Source: Chloroflexota bacterium
GTDB taxonomy: Bacteria; Chloroflexota; UBA11872; UBA12225
Length of the DNA stretch: 64,000 nucleotides
Assembly: GCA_947446285.1 (NCBI GenBank)
Contig: CANFGH010000001.1
Span: 4,730-68,729 of the forward strand
Direction: 5' to 3'
Part shown: positions 1-9,427 of the stretch, in pieces
Position numbering within the stretch: the first letter of the stretch is position 1
Layout: each line of letters opens with the position of its first letter
Made by a program: the position numbers and the translations under genes
The notes under the pieces: generated by a model
What the model was told of the DNA's origin: nothing
The model's input: only the letters and a program-made list of their open reading frames with translations
The model's database searches: none

Positions 1-63
1 CGCGCCATGGGGCGCACGGCGAACACTCCCGGCACCCTTGTCCAGGAACTCGCCGCCGTCTAG
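1..63 (+). CDS. 3' end of an unidentified gene entering from the left edge
   Basis: Open frame RAMGRTANTPGTLVQELAAV ending in TAG at 61-63, followed by a hairpin; too short to assign. Confidence 0.35.
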   Translation, partial: RAMGRTANTPGTLVQELAAV

Positions 64-105
64 GCCCGGGCCGGCCGCACCCCCACTGCCCAGCCTTCAT
101 TGACA

Positions 106-151
106 GACCCCCTGCGAGTCCGGCCAGCGTAGCCCGGACTGGCAGGGGGTC
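106..151. terminator. Stem-loop between convergent genes
   Basis: GACCCCCTGC(106-115)/GCAGGGGGTC(142-151) plus inner AGTCCGG/CCGGACT arms, between the edge gene and the herA stop. Confidence 0.6.
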
Positions 152-175
152 ATTTCATACGGTCAGTCTCGGTGC

Positions 176-2062
176 TCAGCTGAATGGCTGGCGCTTGATC
201 GGCGCAACGATCCGCGGAGGGGTGCGTCGAGCGGCAAACCGCTCATCTTCGACCTCCTTGCGCGCCCGTTCGAATCGTTCGACCAGGTTGATGTCCGCTC
301 CGCCTTCGGCGCCGACCCGTCCCCCGACCCGCACCATCGCCGGGACCCGTGTCAACCGGCCTAGGACAACGACTTCGCCCTGGTTCAGTCCTGGCAGGTC
401 ATCAAGAAGGGCCTGCGACACGACTTCCGACGCCCGCTGGATTGCTTTCTGGTCATCGGGATTGGTCAGCCGCATGATCAGCTGTGATGCGCACTGGGAG
501 AGGGTGTCGTCGGAAATCTTCGATGGTCTCTGGGTCACGACAATCAGGAAGACCCCAAACTTCCGCCCTTCGGATGCGACGGTGTTGATGATCCGCGATG
601 CGCGAGTGGTTTCCCTCCCGCCAGGCACGAGGGTGTGTGCCTCCTCGAGGACGACGAAGACCGGATTCGAGAGTTCGCCACCAAGGGCGCGCTGCCAGAG
701 GTTCGAGAGAAGCCACTCGGCGGTGTAGGCCATCACGCCCTTCTCAGTGCCTGCGAGGTCGAGGACCGTCAGTTTCATCGGTTGCAGGATGGCGTTCAGG
801 TCGATCGTCGACTGGCTCCAGATGGGGTACTTCTCCAGTTTGCGGATGTACCGGAGGGCATTCCTGGCCGCCACCATTTCTCGGTCGTCATGGGTTCCAG
901 CATGGGTCGTGCTGCGCCCCCGCTTCGTGACCGCCACGGTCGTGACGTGATCGGTCGCCCGGATCCGGTCGAGTTCGGCATCGGCGTCTTCGAGATCCGG
1001 ACCTTGGGTGATAGTCGCGACCGCACCGGGGCCAGTCGCCTGGTCTTCGAGATCCTCGAGCGGGACACCGGCGAAATCTGCAAGGTGTTGGGCGAGGAAC
1101 CGCGGATTGAAGTCGACCCGGTCGCGACGGAGGCGGATGCAGGCATTGACCACGGCCTCACGGATCCGTTCGGCACTTGATGGGACGCCGGCAACGTCGC
1201 AGATTTCCTCGCCGTCAAGCCCGGAGAACCGAATCGTGTATTTCGAGGACGGTCCGCACAGCGCATCGGGGTAGCGCTGCCGGCCCGCGATCGGGACCCG
1301 GTACAGCTGGATGCGGTCATGGTTCGGCGCCTTGCGTGCGTGCTCGTAGGGGATGGCGTCATCCTCGCGCAGCTTTCGCAACTGGACATAATCTGAATTG
1401 GGATCGAGCACCACGATGGTGGCGCCCAATCCCAGGAGTTCCTCAAGCACCTTCCCGGCGAGGTACGACTTGCCCGCGCCGGTCTGCGCGATGATGGCGA
1501 GGTGCCGTGACAAGCCGTTCGGGTCGAGTGCGACCTCGACGTTCTGCCGATTCATGAGTGTGCCGAGCGTGATGCAGGAACCCGACGTCCGCGAGAAGAA
1601 CTTGCGCAGGAGGTCATCGGGGGCCAGGTGCACCCGTGTTCCCGGCAAGACGGCGTTCCGCGCGGCCCGGACCGTCTGCTGGTCACCGTCGAGGTAGCCA
1701 ACCACCGAGGCTTCCACGCGCAACCGGGGCGGGAAGGTGACGCGGTGGTTCAGGACCGTCTCTGCGCCAAGGAAATCAATCCGGTCATCAAGGGTGATGA
1801 CGTCGGCTTTGACATTGGTCACTTGGGCGAGCAGGTCGACGGTCACGGTGGTGTCGCCGCGTCGCTCTCGCATCCCGGCGACGACGACGTACTCAAGTCG
1901 CGGCGGTACAAGTTCCTCGCTGCTGACGAAACTGAACCCCGCCGGTGTCGATTCTCCGGTGACATAGCCGATGGCCGGCGCCACTGCGTCCTCTCCACGG
2001 CGTCCCAATGCCCCGGTATTCCGGGTGCCCGGTTCGGTCAACTGGTCTTGGCCCGTTTCCAT
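176..2062 (-). CDS. herA: HerA/FtsK-family ATPase (DUF87 core, N-terminal HAS-barrel-like region), archaeal-type HerA translocase
   Basis: Walker A AQTGAGKS, Walker B FVVLEEAH, and HerA motifs EGRKFG and TQRPSKI. Likely start is ATG 2062 behind the RBS GAGGAA. Confidence 0.85.
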   Translation of the reverse strand: METGQDQLTEPGTRNTGALGRRGEDAVAPAIGYVTGESTPAGFSFVSSEELVPPRLEYVVVAGMRERRGDTTVTVDLLAQVTNVKADVITLDDRIDFLGAETVLNHRVTFPPRLRVEASVVGYLDGDQQTVRAARNAVLPGTRVHLAPDDLLRKFFSRTSGSCITLGTLMNRQNVEVALDPNGLSRHLAIIAQTGAGKSYLAGKVLEELLGLGATIVVLDPNSDYVQLRKLREDDAIPYEHARKAPNHDRIQLYRVPIAGRQRYPDALCGPSSKYTIRFSGLDGEEICDVAGVPSSAERIREAVVNACIRLRRDRVDFNPRFLAQHLADFAGVPLEDLEDQATGPGAVATITQGPDLEDADAELDRIRATDHVTTVAVTKRGRSTTHAGTHDDREMVAARNALRYIRKLEKYPIWSQSTIDLNAILQPMKLTVLDLAGTEKGVMAYTAEWLLSNLWQRALGGELSNPVFVVLEEAHTLVPGGRETTRASRIINTVASEGRKFGVFLIVVTQRPSKISDDTLSQCASQLIMRLTNPDDQKAIQRASEVVSQALLDDLPGLNQGEVVVLGRLTRVPAMVRVGGRVGAEGGADINLVERFERARKEVEDERFAARRTPPRIVAPIKRQPFS

Positions 2063-2145
2063 GCCTGCAGTTCCTCGGTTCGATGTCGGTCGCTCGGCGC
2101 ACGCACGAGGATGGACTGTCGTGGCGCTTCGCACTGCTGAAGTGT

Positions 2146-2159
2146 AGTACAAACGTTCC
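2146..2159. promoter_or_regulatory. Putative LexA (SOS) box overlapping the herA -10 element
   Basis: AGTACAAACGTTCC equals GAAC-N4-GTAC on the minus strand and abuts the minus-strand -10 TACACT (2141-2146). Confidence 0.55.
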
Positions 2160-2161
2160 AG

Positions 2162-3016
2162 TTGACGGAAATGGTGGCACCATCCGTCCCGGGACTGGAA
2201 TCGCGCAGCGGTTCAGTGCATCATGTGGTGAACACGCAGTACCCCGATGGCGGTTCGCCAACCGGGAGGCTCAGGATCACTGAGGAGGTTCAGGTGTCGC
2301 CACGGACCGGTCCGACGATCCATGAGATCCTGCGCAGTGTGCCCCTGCTTCGAGGACTGAACGAGACCCAACTCGCTGAAGTGGGTCGTCTGGCACGTAC
2401 CCACCGCTTCGATCGGGAGGAGATCGTCTTCCTGCAAGGGGATCCGGGCGATTCGGTGCACGTGATCCTGCGTGGTGAGGTGAAGGTTGTCGTGACGTCG
2501 CGTGCTGGCCATGAGGCAATCCTGGCCTTCCTGGGCGAGGGGGAGAGTTTTGGGGAGATGTCCCTCCTTGATGATCTGCCCCGGTCGGCGACGATCCAGG
2601 CGACCGCGCCGACCACGACGCTGTCGTTGCGCAAGACCGAATTCCATCGGTTGCTGCGTGATGCGCCGGATGTTTCGCTGAGGCTTCTCCGCGCACTGGC
2701 GAGGCGTCTGCGGGAGTCTGGCATGCTGGTCCAGGATGCGGCGTTTCTGGATGTCGGGGAACGCCTCGCGAAGAAGCTCCTGACAATGGCGATGCCGGAC
2801 GGTGATGATGCGGGATCCCGCGCCCGACTGGTCCCCCCGGTGGAACTGCGGGTTACCCAGCAGGACCTCGCATCGATGATCGGGGCGACCCGGGAGAGCG
2901 TCAACAAGGCGCTCTCGAGTTACCGGTCACGGGGCACGATAGCCATCGCCAGGAACCGGGTGATCCTCAACGACATCGATGCGCTCCGCCGGGTCGTTGA
3001 CGCCTCGTTCGACTGA
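2162..3016 (+). CDS. Crp/Fnr-family transcriptional regulator (cNMP-binding plus HTH; CRP/GlxR-like)
   Basis: cNMP domain (FLQGDPGD, FGEMSLLDDLPRSAT) and HTH VTQQDLASMIGATRESVNKAL. The true start may lie further downstream. Confidence 0.9.
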   Translation: MTEMVAPSVPGLESRSGSVHHVVNTQYPDGGSPTGRLRITEEVQVSPRTGPTIHEILRSVPLLRGLNETQLAEVGRLARTHRFDREEIVFLQGDPGDSVHVILRGEVKVVVTSRAGHEAILAFLGEGESFGEMSLLDDLPRSATIQATAPTTTLSLRKTEFHRLLRDAPDVSLRLLRALARRLRESGMLVQDAAFLDVGERLAKKLLTMAMPDGDDAGSRARLVPPVELRVTQQDLASMIGATRESVNKALSSYRSRGTIAIARNRVILNDIDALRRVVDASFD

Positions 3017-3036
3017 GGCCGTTGCGGCCGGTGGCG

Positions 3037-3966
3037 CTACCGGTCGGCTGGAGATCCATCCGTGCCCGACGACAGGCGCCCGTAGAGGCGTTCCAATTGG
3101 CGGGCATCTTCATAGTGAATGACGACCTTGCCTCCCCGGCGTCCCTGGATGAGGTCGACGCGCGTGGTGGTGTCGCCAAGGACGGACCGGATGCGCTGTG
3201 CGACCGGATGGGTTTCGACCGGGTTGGCAGGCGGTGGCGCGACCGATCCGGGCAGCCGCTTCACCAGCGCCTCGGTCTGGCGCACGTTGAGGCCTTCCCG
3301 GATGACCCGGGACGCCACTTCCCGCTGCCGGATGCTGTCTGGCAAGGCGAGCAGTGCCCGGGCGTGCCCTTCGGTGAGATCGCCGTCCCGGAGGTCCTGT
3401 TGCACGCTTGGAGGCAACTGCAGCAAGCGCAGGGTATTGGTGATGGTCTGCCGGCTGCGGCCCACGCGCTTGCCGATTGCCTCATGGGTCATGCCGAAGT
3501 CGGTGGACAGTTGGCGATACGCGGCGGCGGCTTCGAGGGCGTTGAGATCGGATCGCTGGACATTCTCGACCAGGGCCAGTTCAAGCCACTCCTGCGGTGT
3601 GGTGACCCGGACCGACACGGGAACGCGCAGCAGGCCAATCATCCGGCTGGCCTGCCACCGCCGTTCCCCGGCGATCAGTTGGTAGCGGGGCAGACCCCCA
3701 TCCTGGGTCGGCACCGGGCTCACCAGCAGCGGTTGCAGGACGCCGTGCACCCGGATCGAGTCCGCGAGGTCGGCCATTGCGACTTCGTCGAAGACCTGTC
3801 GCGGTTGACGCGGATTCGCGTCAATACGGTCGATAGCCACCTCAAAGGGCGTCCCGTCCGGCACCGCGTCCGCGTGCACCTGGGGCGGGCGTGTTGCCGC
3901 GGTGGGCTCCGGTGTCGACGCGATCAATGCGTCCAGACCCCGCCCGAGGCCCCGTCGTGGTGGCAT
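3037..3966 (-). CDS. parB: Chromosome partitioning protein ParB/Spo0J
   Basis: NPRQPR, GVLQPLLV, arginine patch LIAGERRW, ENVQRSDL, and HTH GRSRQTITNTLRLL. Confidence 0.95.
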   Translation of the reverse strand: MPPRRGLGRGLDALIASTPEPTAATRPPQVHADAVPDGTPFEVAIDRIDANPRQPRQVFDEVAMADLADSIRVHGVLQPLLVSPVPTQDGGLPRYQLIAGERRWQASRMIGLLRVPVSVRVTTPQEWLELALVENVQRSDLNALEAAAAYRQLSTDFGMTHEAIGKRVGRSRQTITNTLRLLQLPPSVQQDLRDGDLTEGHARALLALPDSIRQREVASRVIREGLNVRQTEALVKRLPGSVAPPPANPVETHPVAQRIRSVLGDTTTRVDLIQGRRGGKVVIHYEDARQLERLYGRLSSGTDGSPADR

Positions 3967-3968
3967 TG

Positions 3969-4787
3969 CTACACCCCCCCCAACGTTGCGGGCCGGGCTG
4001 CGTCGAACCGGGCATCAAGTTCGGCCGCGAGGGCACGGTATGCCTCGGCACCGCGTCCGGAAGGGTCGTAGCGCATGATCGACTGGCCGTAGCTGGGTGC
4101 CTCGCCCAGTCGGATCGTCCGCGGGATCATCGTCTGCAGGAACAGGTCCGGGAAGTGCGTCCTCACCTCCTCGACCACATGCTGGCCGAGACCGGTGCGT
4201 GCATCGAACATGGTCATCAGCAGGAAGAGGCCGCGCAGTTCCGGGTTGAGGCGGTCGCGGACCCGGCGCAAGGTATCGAGCAACTGGGTCAGACCTTCCA
4301 AGGCTAGGTATTCGCACTGGATCGGGGCGAGGACGGACGCGGACGCCACGAGTGCATTAAGGGTAAGCAACCCGAGGGCCGGCGGACAGTCGATCAGCAC
4401 GTACTCGTAGGTCTCAGTGGAGCCAAGCAACGCATTCCGCAACCGTTCGACCCGGTTTGCCTGTCCCACAAGCTCGGTTTCGACGCCGGCCAGGTCCGGT
4501 GACGACGGGATCAGGTCGAGCCGCGCGCCAGCGGGCACCTGCTTCCCCGCGGCGTCGGGCACGGCGACGATGACCGATGTGGCGGTGGCCTCGCCGAGCA
4601 GGAGTTCGTAGGAGCCGGGAAGGTCCTTGCTGGACCCGACCGCACTGGTCAGGTTTGCCTGGGGATCAATATCCACCAGCAGGACCCGGCGTCCCCGCGC
4701 CGTGAGCGCCGCGCCAAGGCTTGCCACGGTGGTCGTCTTCCCGACTCCACCCTTCTGGTTCGCAACCGCAATGATCCGGGTCGCCAT
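3969..4787 (-). CDS. parA: Chromosome partitioning ATPase ParA/Soj
   Basis: Deviant Walker A NQKGGVGKTTT, DIDPQAN, IDCPP, QCEYLALEG; lies directly upstream of parB. Confidence 0.95.
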   Translation of the reverse strand: MATRIIAVANQKGGVGKTTTVASLGAALTARGRRVLLVDIDPQANLTSAVGSSKDLPGSYELLLGEATATSVIVAVPDAAGKQVPAGARLDLIPSSPDLAGVETELVGQANRVERLRNALLGSTETYEYVLIDCPPALGLLTLNALVASASVLAPIQCEYLALEGLTQLLDTLRRVRDRLNPELRGLFLLMTMFDARTGLGQHVVEEVRTHFPDLFLQTMIPRTIRLGEAPSYGQSIMRYDPSGRGAEAYRALAAELDARFDAARPATLGGV

Positions 4788-5099
4788 GCGAGGTTCTCGT
4801 TCTCCGGCCAGTGGGGAGCGCCCGTCGAAATCGGCAGGGTGTGGTCAAGTCGCGCGGACCGGGCCATTCCGGTGCCGCCGACCACCCTCATCCGCAGGGA
4901 TTCTAGCCCTCGACTGCCAGACAGGCGTCGTCGTGCCGTGACGGTCGGGCGCAACGCCCCCTCCCCGCACCGCCGGATTGAAATACGCTTCGCGTGGCCT
5001 CCCCCGGCCGCCTCATGTAGATGCGCGTCGCGTGCCCCACACGCCGCCAGATTTGGATACGCTTCACTTGAGGCGTTGCCTCGGTCACACGTGTGGACG

Positions 5100-5762
5100 A
5101 TGACATGGCATGTGCCTAATGAGGGGATTGTGCCGGTCAGCAGGGAGGGTGAATCGCTTTTCCACGTCACGCCACGGGAGTCGTTTGCCGAAAGCCGCAT
5201 CCGTGAGGCCATCGAGCGAGGCGATTTTGCGAACGTTCCCGGTTCGGGTAGGCCCCTTGACCTCGGCGAGGAGAACCCGTTCGCCGGTGACATGGAGGTT
5301 GCGAACCGGATCCTTCGCCAGGCCGGTGGTGCACCGCTTTGGGTCGAACTGGGCCGGGCAATCGATGATGGCCTGGAGTCACTCACTGCATGTGCGGTGG
5401 CTGCCCGGTCTGAGGCCATGCGAGGTCCCCGGCCGATGCCGTCCGCGACCGCTCCAGTCATCCGCCACGGCCTGCGCGCGTGGTGGGACCGGGCGCTATC
5501 GGGATTGCGTGGAAACAGCCACTCGCGTTCGGTCGTGCCGGGCGCGGCCCGCCCGAGCCACACGGCGCGTGAGCGTGCGCGTGCCGGATACCTGCTGCGG
5601 GCCGAACAGGTCGACCTCCAGGTGGACCGCTTCAACGCCTGCAGGCCTCGCGCGCTGACGTGGCTTGAACGTCCGCGGCTCACCGCCAAGCGTGCGGCAG
5701 ACCGTTTCGATCGCGAGTGGCCGCTGGATTGGATACCCCAACCCACGGAGCAGGGTGGGTAG
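5100..5762 (+). CDS. DUF1992 / DnaJC28-like domain protein
   Basis: ESRIREAIERGDFANVPGSGRPLDL...ANRILRQAGGAPLWVEL matches the DUF1992 pattern. Start is uncertain. Confidence 0.7.
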   Translation: MTWHVPNEGIVPVSREGESLFHVTPRESFAESRIREAIERGDFANVPGSGRPLDLGEENPFAGDMEVANRILRQAGGAPLWVELGRAIDDGLESLTACAVAARSEAMRGPRPMPSATAPVIRHGLRAWWDRALSGLRGNSHSRSVVPGAARPSHTARERARAGYLLRAEQVDLQVDRFNACRPRALTWLERPRLTAKRAADRFDREWPLDWIPQPTEQGG

Positions 5763-5771
5763 CGGGCGGAT

Positions 5772-6377
5772 TCACACGATCGCCGGTGGCATCCGCGAGT
5801 CGAACTCGTCGATCGGTTCCGAGGCAAGGTCGGCGGCGTTGAAGTCCGACGCAAGCACTCCCATGTAGAGGAGTGCATGCCAGACCGTTTCGATGCACAT
5901 CTCTTCCCGGAGGACACCTTCCACGACAAATCCGCACTTCTCGTAGGTCCGGCGTGCACGATGATTGAACTCGAGGACGCGAAGGTAGACCTTGTGGAGG
6001 TGCAGGTCGTCGAACGCATAGCGCAGTGCCAGGCGAAGCGCCTCGCTTCCGTACCCCCGGTCCCGGTGCCCGGCACCGATCCAGATTGACAGTTCGGCCG
6101 CGTTGTGCGGGATTGCCCGGTCCCACAGGCTGACCAACCCGAGTGGTTCGCCGACCAGGCTCGTGACCATCAGATCGGTGAGGGCGGCACTTTGGTCACC
6201 CAATGGCACGTGCCGCCACAACCATGCCGAGGGCGACGCGTCTATGCCCATGAAGTGATCGATTTCCGGATCGGCGCGCAAACGCGCCAGTTCGGCCTGG
6301 TCGCTTTCGATGGCGCGCCGGATCCGGACGAGCCGTCCTGCCCGCAGGACCGGCAGACGTCGTGAGTTCCCGCGCAT
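5772..6377 (-). CDS. GNAT acetyltransferase, RimJ/RimL/SpeG-like
   Basis: AELSIWIG, HRDRGYGSEAL, and LHKVYLRVLEFNHRARRTYEKCGFVVEGVLRE. Confidence 0.85.
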   Translation of the reverse strand: MRGNSRRLPVLRAGRLVRIRRAIESDQAELARLRADPEIDHFMGIDASPSAWLWRHVPLGDQSAALTDLMVTSLVGEPLGLVSLWDRAIPHNAAELSIWIGAGHRDRGYGSEALRLALRYAFDDLHLHKVYLRVLEFNHRARRTYEKCGFVVEGVLREEMCIETVWHALLYMGVLASDFNAADLASEPIDEFDSRMPPAIV

Positions 6378-6418
6378 GGAGCCGCATTATCTCACAGGGG
6401 ATAGTATGCGTCGTCCAT

Positions 6419-6474
6419 GACGGCCCAATATCGCGCACGGTGCCCGTCAAGGCTGGCACGTGCCCGGGGCCGTC
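6419..6474 (+). other. Extended stem-loop in the probable 5' leader of channel gene 1
   Basis: GACGGCCC/GGGCCGTC outer stem and GCACG-G-TGCC/GGCA-CGTGC inner stem, between a -10-like TAGTAT (6402-6407) and the RBS GGAGGA. Confidence 0.35.
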
Positions 6475-6503
6475 GTTGAGGGTCCCGTGGTGGGAGGATC
6501 GGA

Positions 6504-8597
6504 ATGGCGCAGACGTCCACCCATTCATCGGCAGCCGAACACGTCTCGGCGCCATCGAGTGGTGGTGTCCGTGGCCTCGTGCGGCGCGCGCTCCATGACC
6601 CCCGGTCACTCGCCTACCGGCGCACCCTTGTCGTCATCCTCATAGCCATCCTGACGTCGGTCATGGCACTCGTCCTGGAGACCGTCCATCCGCTGCACGA
6701 AGACTATCTGTCGACGTTTGTGACGATCGATTACGCCTTGCTTGTCCTCTTCACGGTCGAGTACGCGTCGAACATCTGGGTTGCCTCGAACCGGCGTGCG
6801 TACCTCTTCAGCATCTGGGGGGTGATCGACTTCCTTTCGATCGCGCCCTCGTTCCTGGCACTGCTCGACGTGTCTGGCACCGGAGGGACGCTGATCCCAG
6901 GGGTGAACATCGGATTCCTGCGGGAACTCCGCATCCTGCGGGTCTTGCGGATGCTCAAGCTCATGAAGGTTGCCAGCGAACGTGCGGCGGAGTCGAGCGC
7001 GAACGCCAAGGACAGGAACACGTTCTGGCTCGACATCCAGATCTACCTGATCTGCCTGTTCACCGTCCTGGTCATCAGTGCGACGGTGGTCTATCACATC
7101 GAGCCGTATCCGGTGGACGCACCCGTGTTGTCCGAGGCCCTGGTGCTGCTGGCGGATGACGCCGGACCGGTGACGGATGCGTGGGCGTCAAGCCCGATGA
7201 TCCCGATCTACAAGGCCCGTGCCGACCAAGGATGGCCACTCCCGACCTACACGTTCGACAATGTCCCCATGACGATCTGGTGGGCATTCGTGACCTTGAC
7301 AACCACCGGCTATGGAGACATGTACCCGGTCACCGGGATCGGTCGCTTCGCCGGCGCGCTGACCATGTTTGCGGGCTTGGCGCTCTTCTCCCTCCTGACC
7401 AGTGTGGTCGGTCGAACCTTGATGCGGTCGTTATTCGGCCGGCAGGGGGATGGAGACCCCCAAGCGGCCGAACGGAGTGCCAAATTGCGGGCCCTGCTCG
7501 ATTCCCTTCGGCTGCTTGCACCTCCGGCGCTGCCCGGAAGCGTTCGTTCCACCCGAGTCCGGGATGACGACCAACCGACGGACCTGACGACGGTCTTTTC
7601 CGCACCGTCGCTCGCAGGGTTCGGGGAAGCCGCCCGGGTCATTGCCCGGGAGACCGTGGAGGCCACCGGAGGGCGACAGATCGACACGGCCAAGCCAGTT
7701 GCGACCGATTCGGTCCTGACCCGGGTTCTTCGCCTTGCGTTCGTCGACGAACGGTCAGAGCTGTTCGCCTGGGTGCGCCGCGTGCTGACCGTCCTCATCT
7801 TCGCGTCGATCGGGATCGTGATCCTCAATTCGGTGTCCGAGGTCCACGAGGCTCTCGGCCCCACGTTCGAGATGTTCGAGATCGCGATGGTGGTCCTCTT
7901 CTCGATGGAATACCTGTCATACCTCTACCTGGCGACGAACAAGCGCGCCTACGTGTTCGGTTTCTGGGGGCTTGTGGACCTGTTCGCCATCCTTCCCACC
8001 TACCTCACCCTTGTGCTGGCGCTTTCATCCACATTCGGCATGGAGGTTGACCTTTCTCACGGCATTGCGTTCAAGATCATCCGCATCCTGAGGGTGCTCA
8101 GGATGTTGCGCGTCCTGAAACTCATGAAGTCCGCGGTCACGTCGGCGCAGGCCACGATGTCTGGGAAGCAGTCATCGTTCTGGATGGATCTCCAGATCTA
8201 TTTCATCGCCCTGCTGACCGTCCTCACCATGTCATCCACGTTGATCTACACCCTTGAGGTTGACCAGACCGGTACGCAGTTCATCAACATCCCCGTCGCG
8301 ATGTGGTGGGCCGTCGTCACCATCACCACCACCGGGTATGGAGACATGTTTCCAATCACGCTGGCCGGCCGCGTCGTTGCCATGGGCACGATGATTGCGG
8401 GCCTCGCCCTGTTCGGCATCCTCACCAGCGTCGTCGGGCGTGCCTTGATGAGTTCCCTGTTCGGCTCGAGTGGGGAGGACACCGATGGGGACGGCGACCT
8501 TGACGTTAGCGAACCACTTGACGATGCCCTCCGGACCGTCGAGTACCTGACCGGTCAGGCGAGCCCGTCACCGGTTGCCGGAGCAAGCGCGAAGTAA
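6504..8597 (+). CDS. Voltage-gated K+ channel with two tandem 6TM repeats (paralog 1)
   Basis: Two S4 segments (LRELRILRVLRMLKLMK; [18 protein letters not shown]) and two K+ filters ([10 protein letters not shown]; [10 protein letters not shown]), each with S2 FxxEY and S3 xDFL/DLF motifs. Confidence 0.9.
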   Translation: MAQTSTHSSAAEHVSAPSSGGVRGLVRRALHDPRSLAYRRTLVVILIAILTSVMALVLETVHPLHEDYLSTFVTIDYALLVLFTVEYASNIWVASNRRAYLFSIWGVIDFLSIAPSFLALLDVSGTGGTLIPGVNIGFLRELRILRVLRMLKLMKVASERAAESSANAKDRNTFWLDIQIYLICLFTVLVISATVVYHIEPYPVDAPVLSEALVLLADDAGPVTDAWASSPMIPIYKARADQGWPLPTYTFDNVPMTIWWAFVTLTTTGYGDMYPVTGIGRFAGALTMFAGLALFSLLTSVVGRTLMRSLFGRQGDGDPQAAERSAKLRALLDSLRLLAPPALPGSVRSTRVRDDDQPTDLTTVFSAPSLAGFGEAARVIARETVEATGGRQIDTAKPVATDSVLTRVLRLAFVDERSELFAWVRRVLTVLIFASIGIVILNSVSEVHEALGPTFEMFEIAMVVLFSMEYLSYLYLATNKRAYVFGFWGLVDLFAILPTYLTLVLALSSTFGMEVDLSHGIAFKIIRILRVLRMLRVLKLMKSAVTSAQATMSGKQSSFWMDLQIYFIALLTVLTMSSTLIYTLEVDQTGTQFINIPVAMWWAVVTITTTGYGDMFPITLAGRVVAMGTMIAGLALFGILTSVVGRALMSSLFGSSGEDTDGDGDLDVSEPLDDALRTVEYLTGQASPSPVAGASAK

Positions 8598-8603
8598 CAG
8601 GTC

Positions 8604-8634
8604 GGCCCGTCCCGGATTGGATCCGGGACGGGCC
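8604..8634. terminator. Perfect 14-bp hairpin between convergent channel 1 and cyclophilin
   Basis: GGCCCGTCCCGGAT-TGG-ATCCGGGACGGGCC. Confidence 0.7.
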
Positions 8635-8687
8635 GTCCAGGGGTTTCCTGACCGATTTTCGCACGGGTCCAGCGTGCGCCCTGGGCG

Positions 8688-9200
8688 TTACGCGACGGTG
8701 ATCTCAATGGTCTCGATCACGTCACCCGGGGTTGCGGAACGGCCGGGGTCGCGTTCCGAGATGGACTTCAGGACGTCCAGTCCCTTGACCACCGTGCCGA
8801 AGACGGCGTGCTTGCCGTCGAGGTGGGGCGTGGGCCCGTAGGTAATGAAGAACTGGCTTCCGTTGGTGTTCGGGCCGGCATTCGCCATCGACAGGATGCC
8901 CGCATCGCTGTGACGGTTCTTCAGCGCGGATGCCTCATCCTTGAACCGGTAGCCCGGGCCACCGCTCCCCGTGCCGGTCGGGTCACCAGTCTGTGCCATG
9001 AACCCGGGGATCACCCGGTGGAAGGTCACTCCATCGTAAAAGCCGTCCTGGGCCAGGAACACGAAGTTGTTCACCGTCAGCGGCGCCGACTTGGCGTACA
9101 ACTGGATGACGATGTCGCCCTTCGCAGTCTTGATGGTCGCGGTGTGGTCCTTTGCAGGGTCGATGGTGAGTTCGGGGGGTGCGTCGTACTGCTTCGACAT
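8688..9200 (-). CDS. Cyclophilin-type peptidyl-prolyl isomerase
   Basis: [59 protein letters not shown]; start ATG 9200. Confidence 0.95.
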   Translation of the reverse strand: MSKQYDAPPELTIDPAKDHTATIKTAKGDIVIQLYAKSAPLTVNNFVFLAQDGFYDGVTFHRVIPGFMAQTGDPTGTGSGGPGYRFKDEASALKNRHSDAGILSMANAGPNTNGSQFFITYGPTPHLDGKHAVFGTVVKGLDVLKSISERDPGRSATPGDVIETIEITVA

Positions 9201-9427
9201 CGTGGGTTTCCTCTCCGCACACGCGCGCCGGACGACAATGCCGGTCTTGTCCGCCGGGTTCCAGGTCGCCGTGGGGTGGCCAAGAGTGTAGCGTTGCCAT
9301 CCGTTTCGCGACTGGTTGGTATGCTTCCACCGGTCGCGTTCTTTGGTCTTAGGCACATTGTCGTTTGCGAACGTCGCCACCGCGAACCACGCAGTTCTGA
9401 CTGGCGTGACATTTGGGAGCCCGGAGC

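Noticed and set aside
176-2062. HerA as part of an anti-phage system (Sir2-HerA, DUF4297-HerA)
   Set aside because: No effector gene is adjacent on the same strand; the N-terminal region and SOS-like box favour repair.
5082-5098. Near-palindrome GTCACACGTGTGGAC near parA as a parS or CRP site
   Set aside because: Only the CACGTG core matches parS, and the spacing does not fit TGTGA-N6-TCACA.
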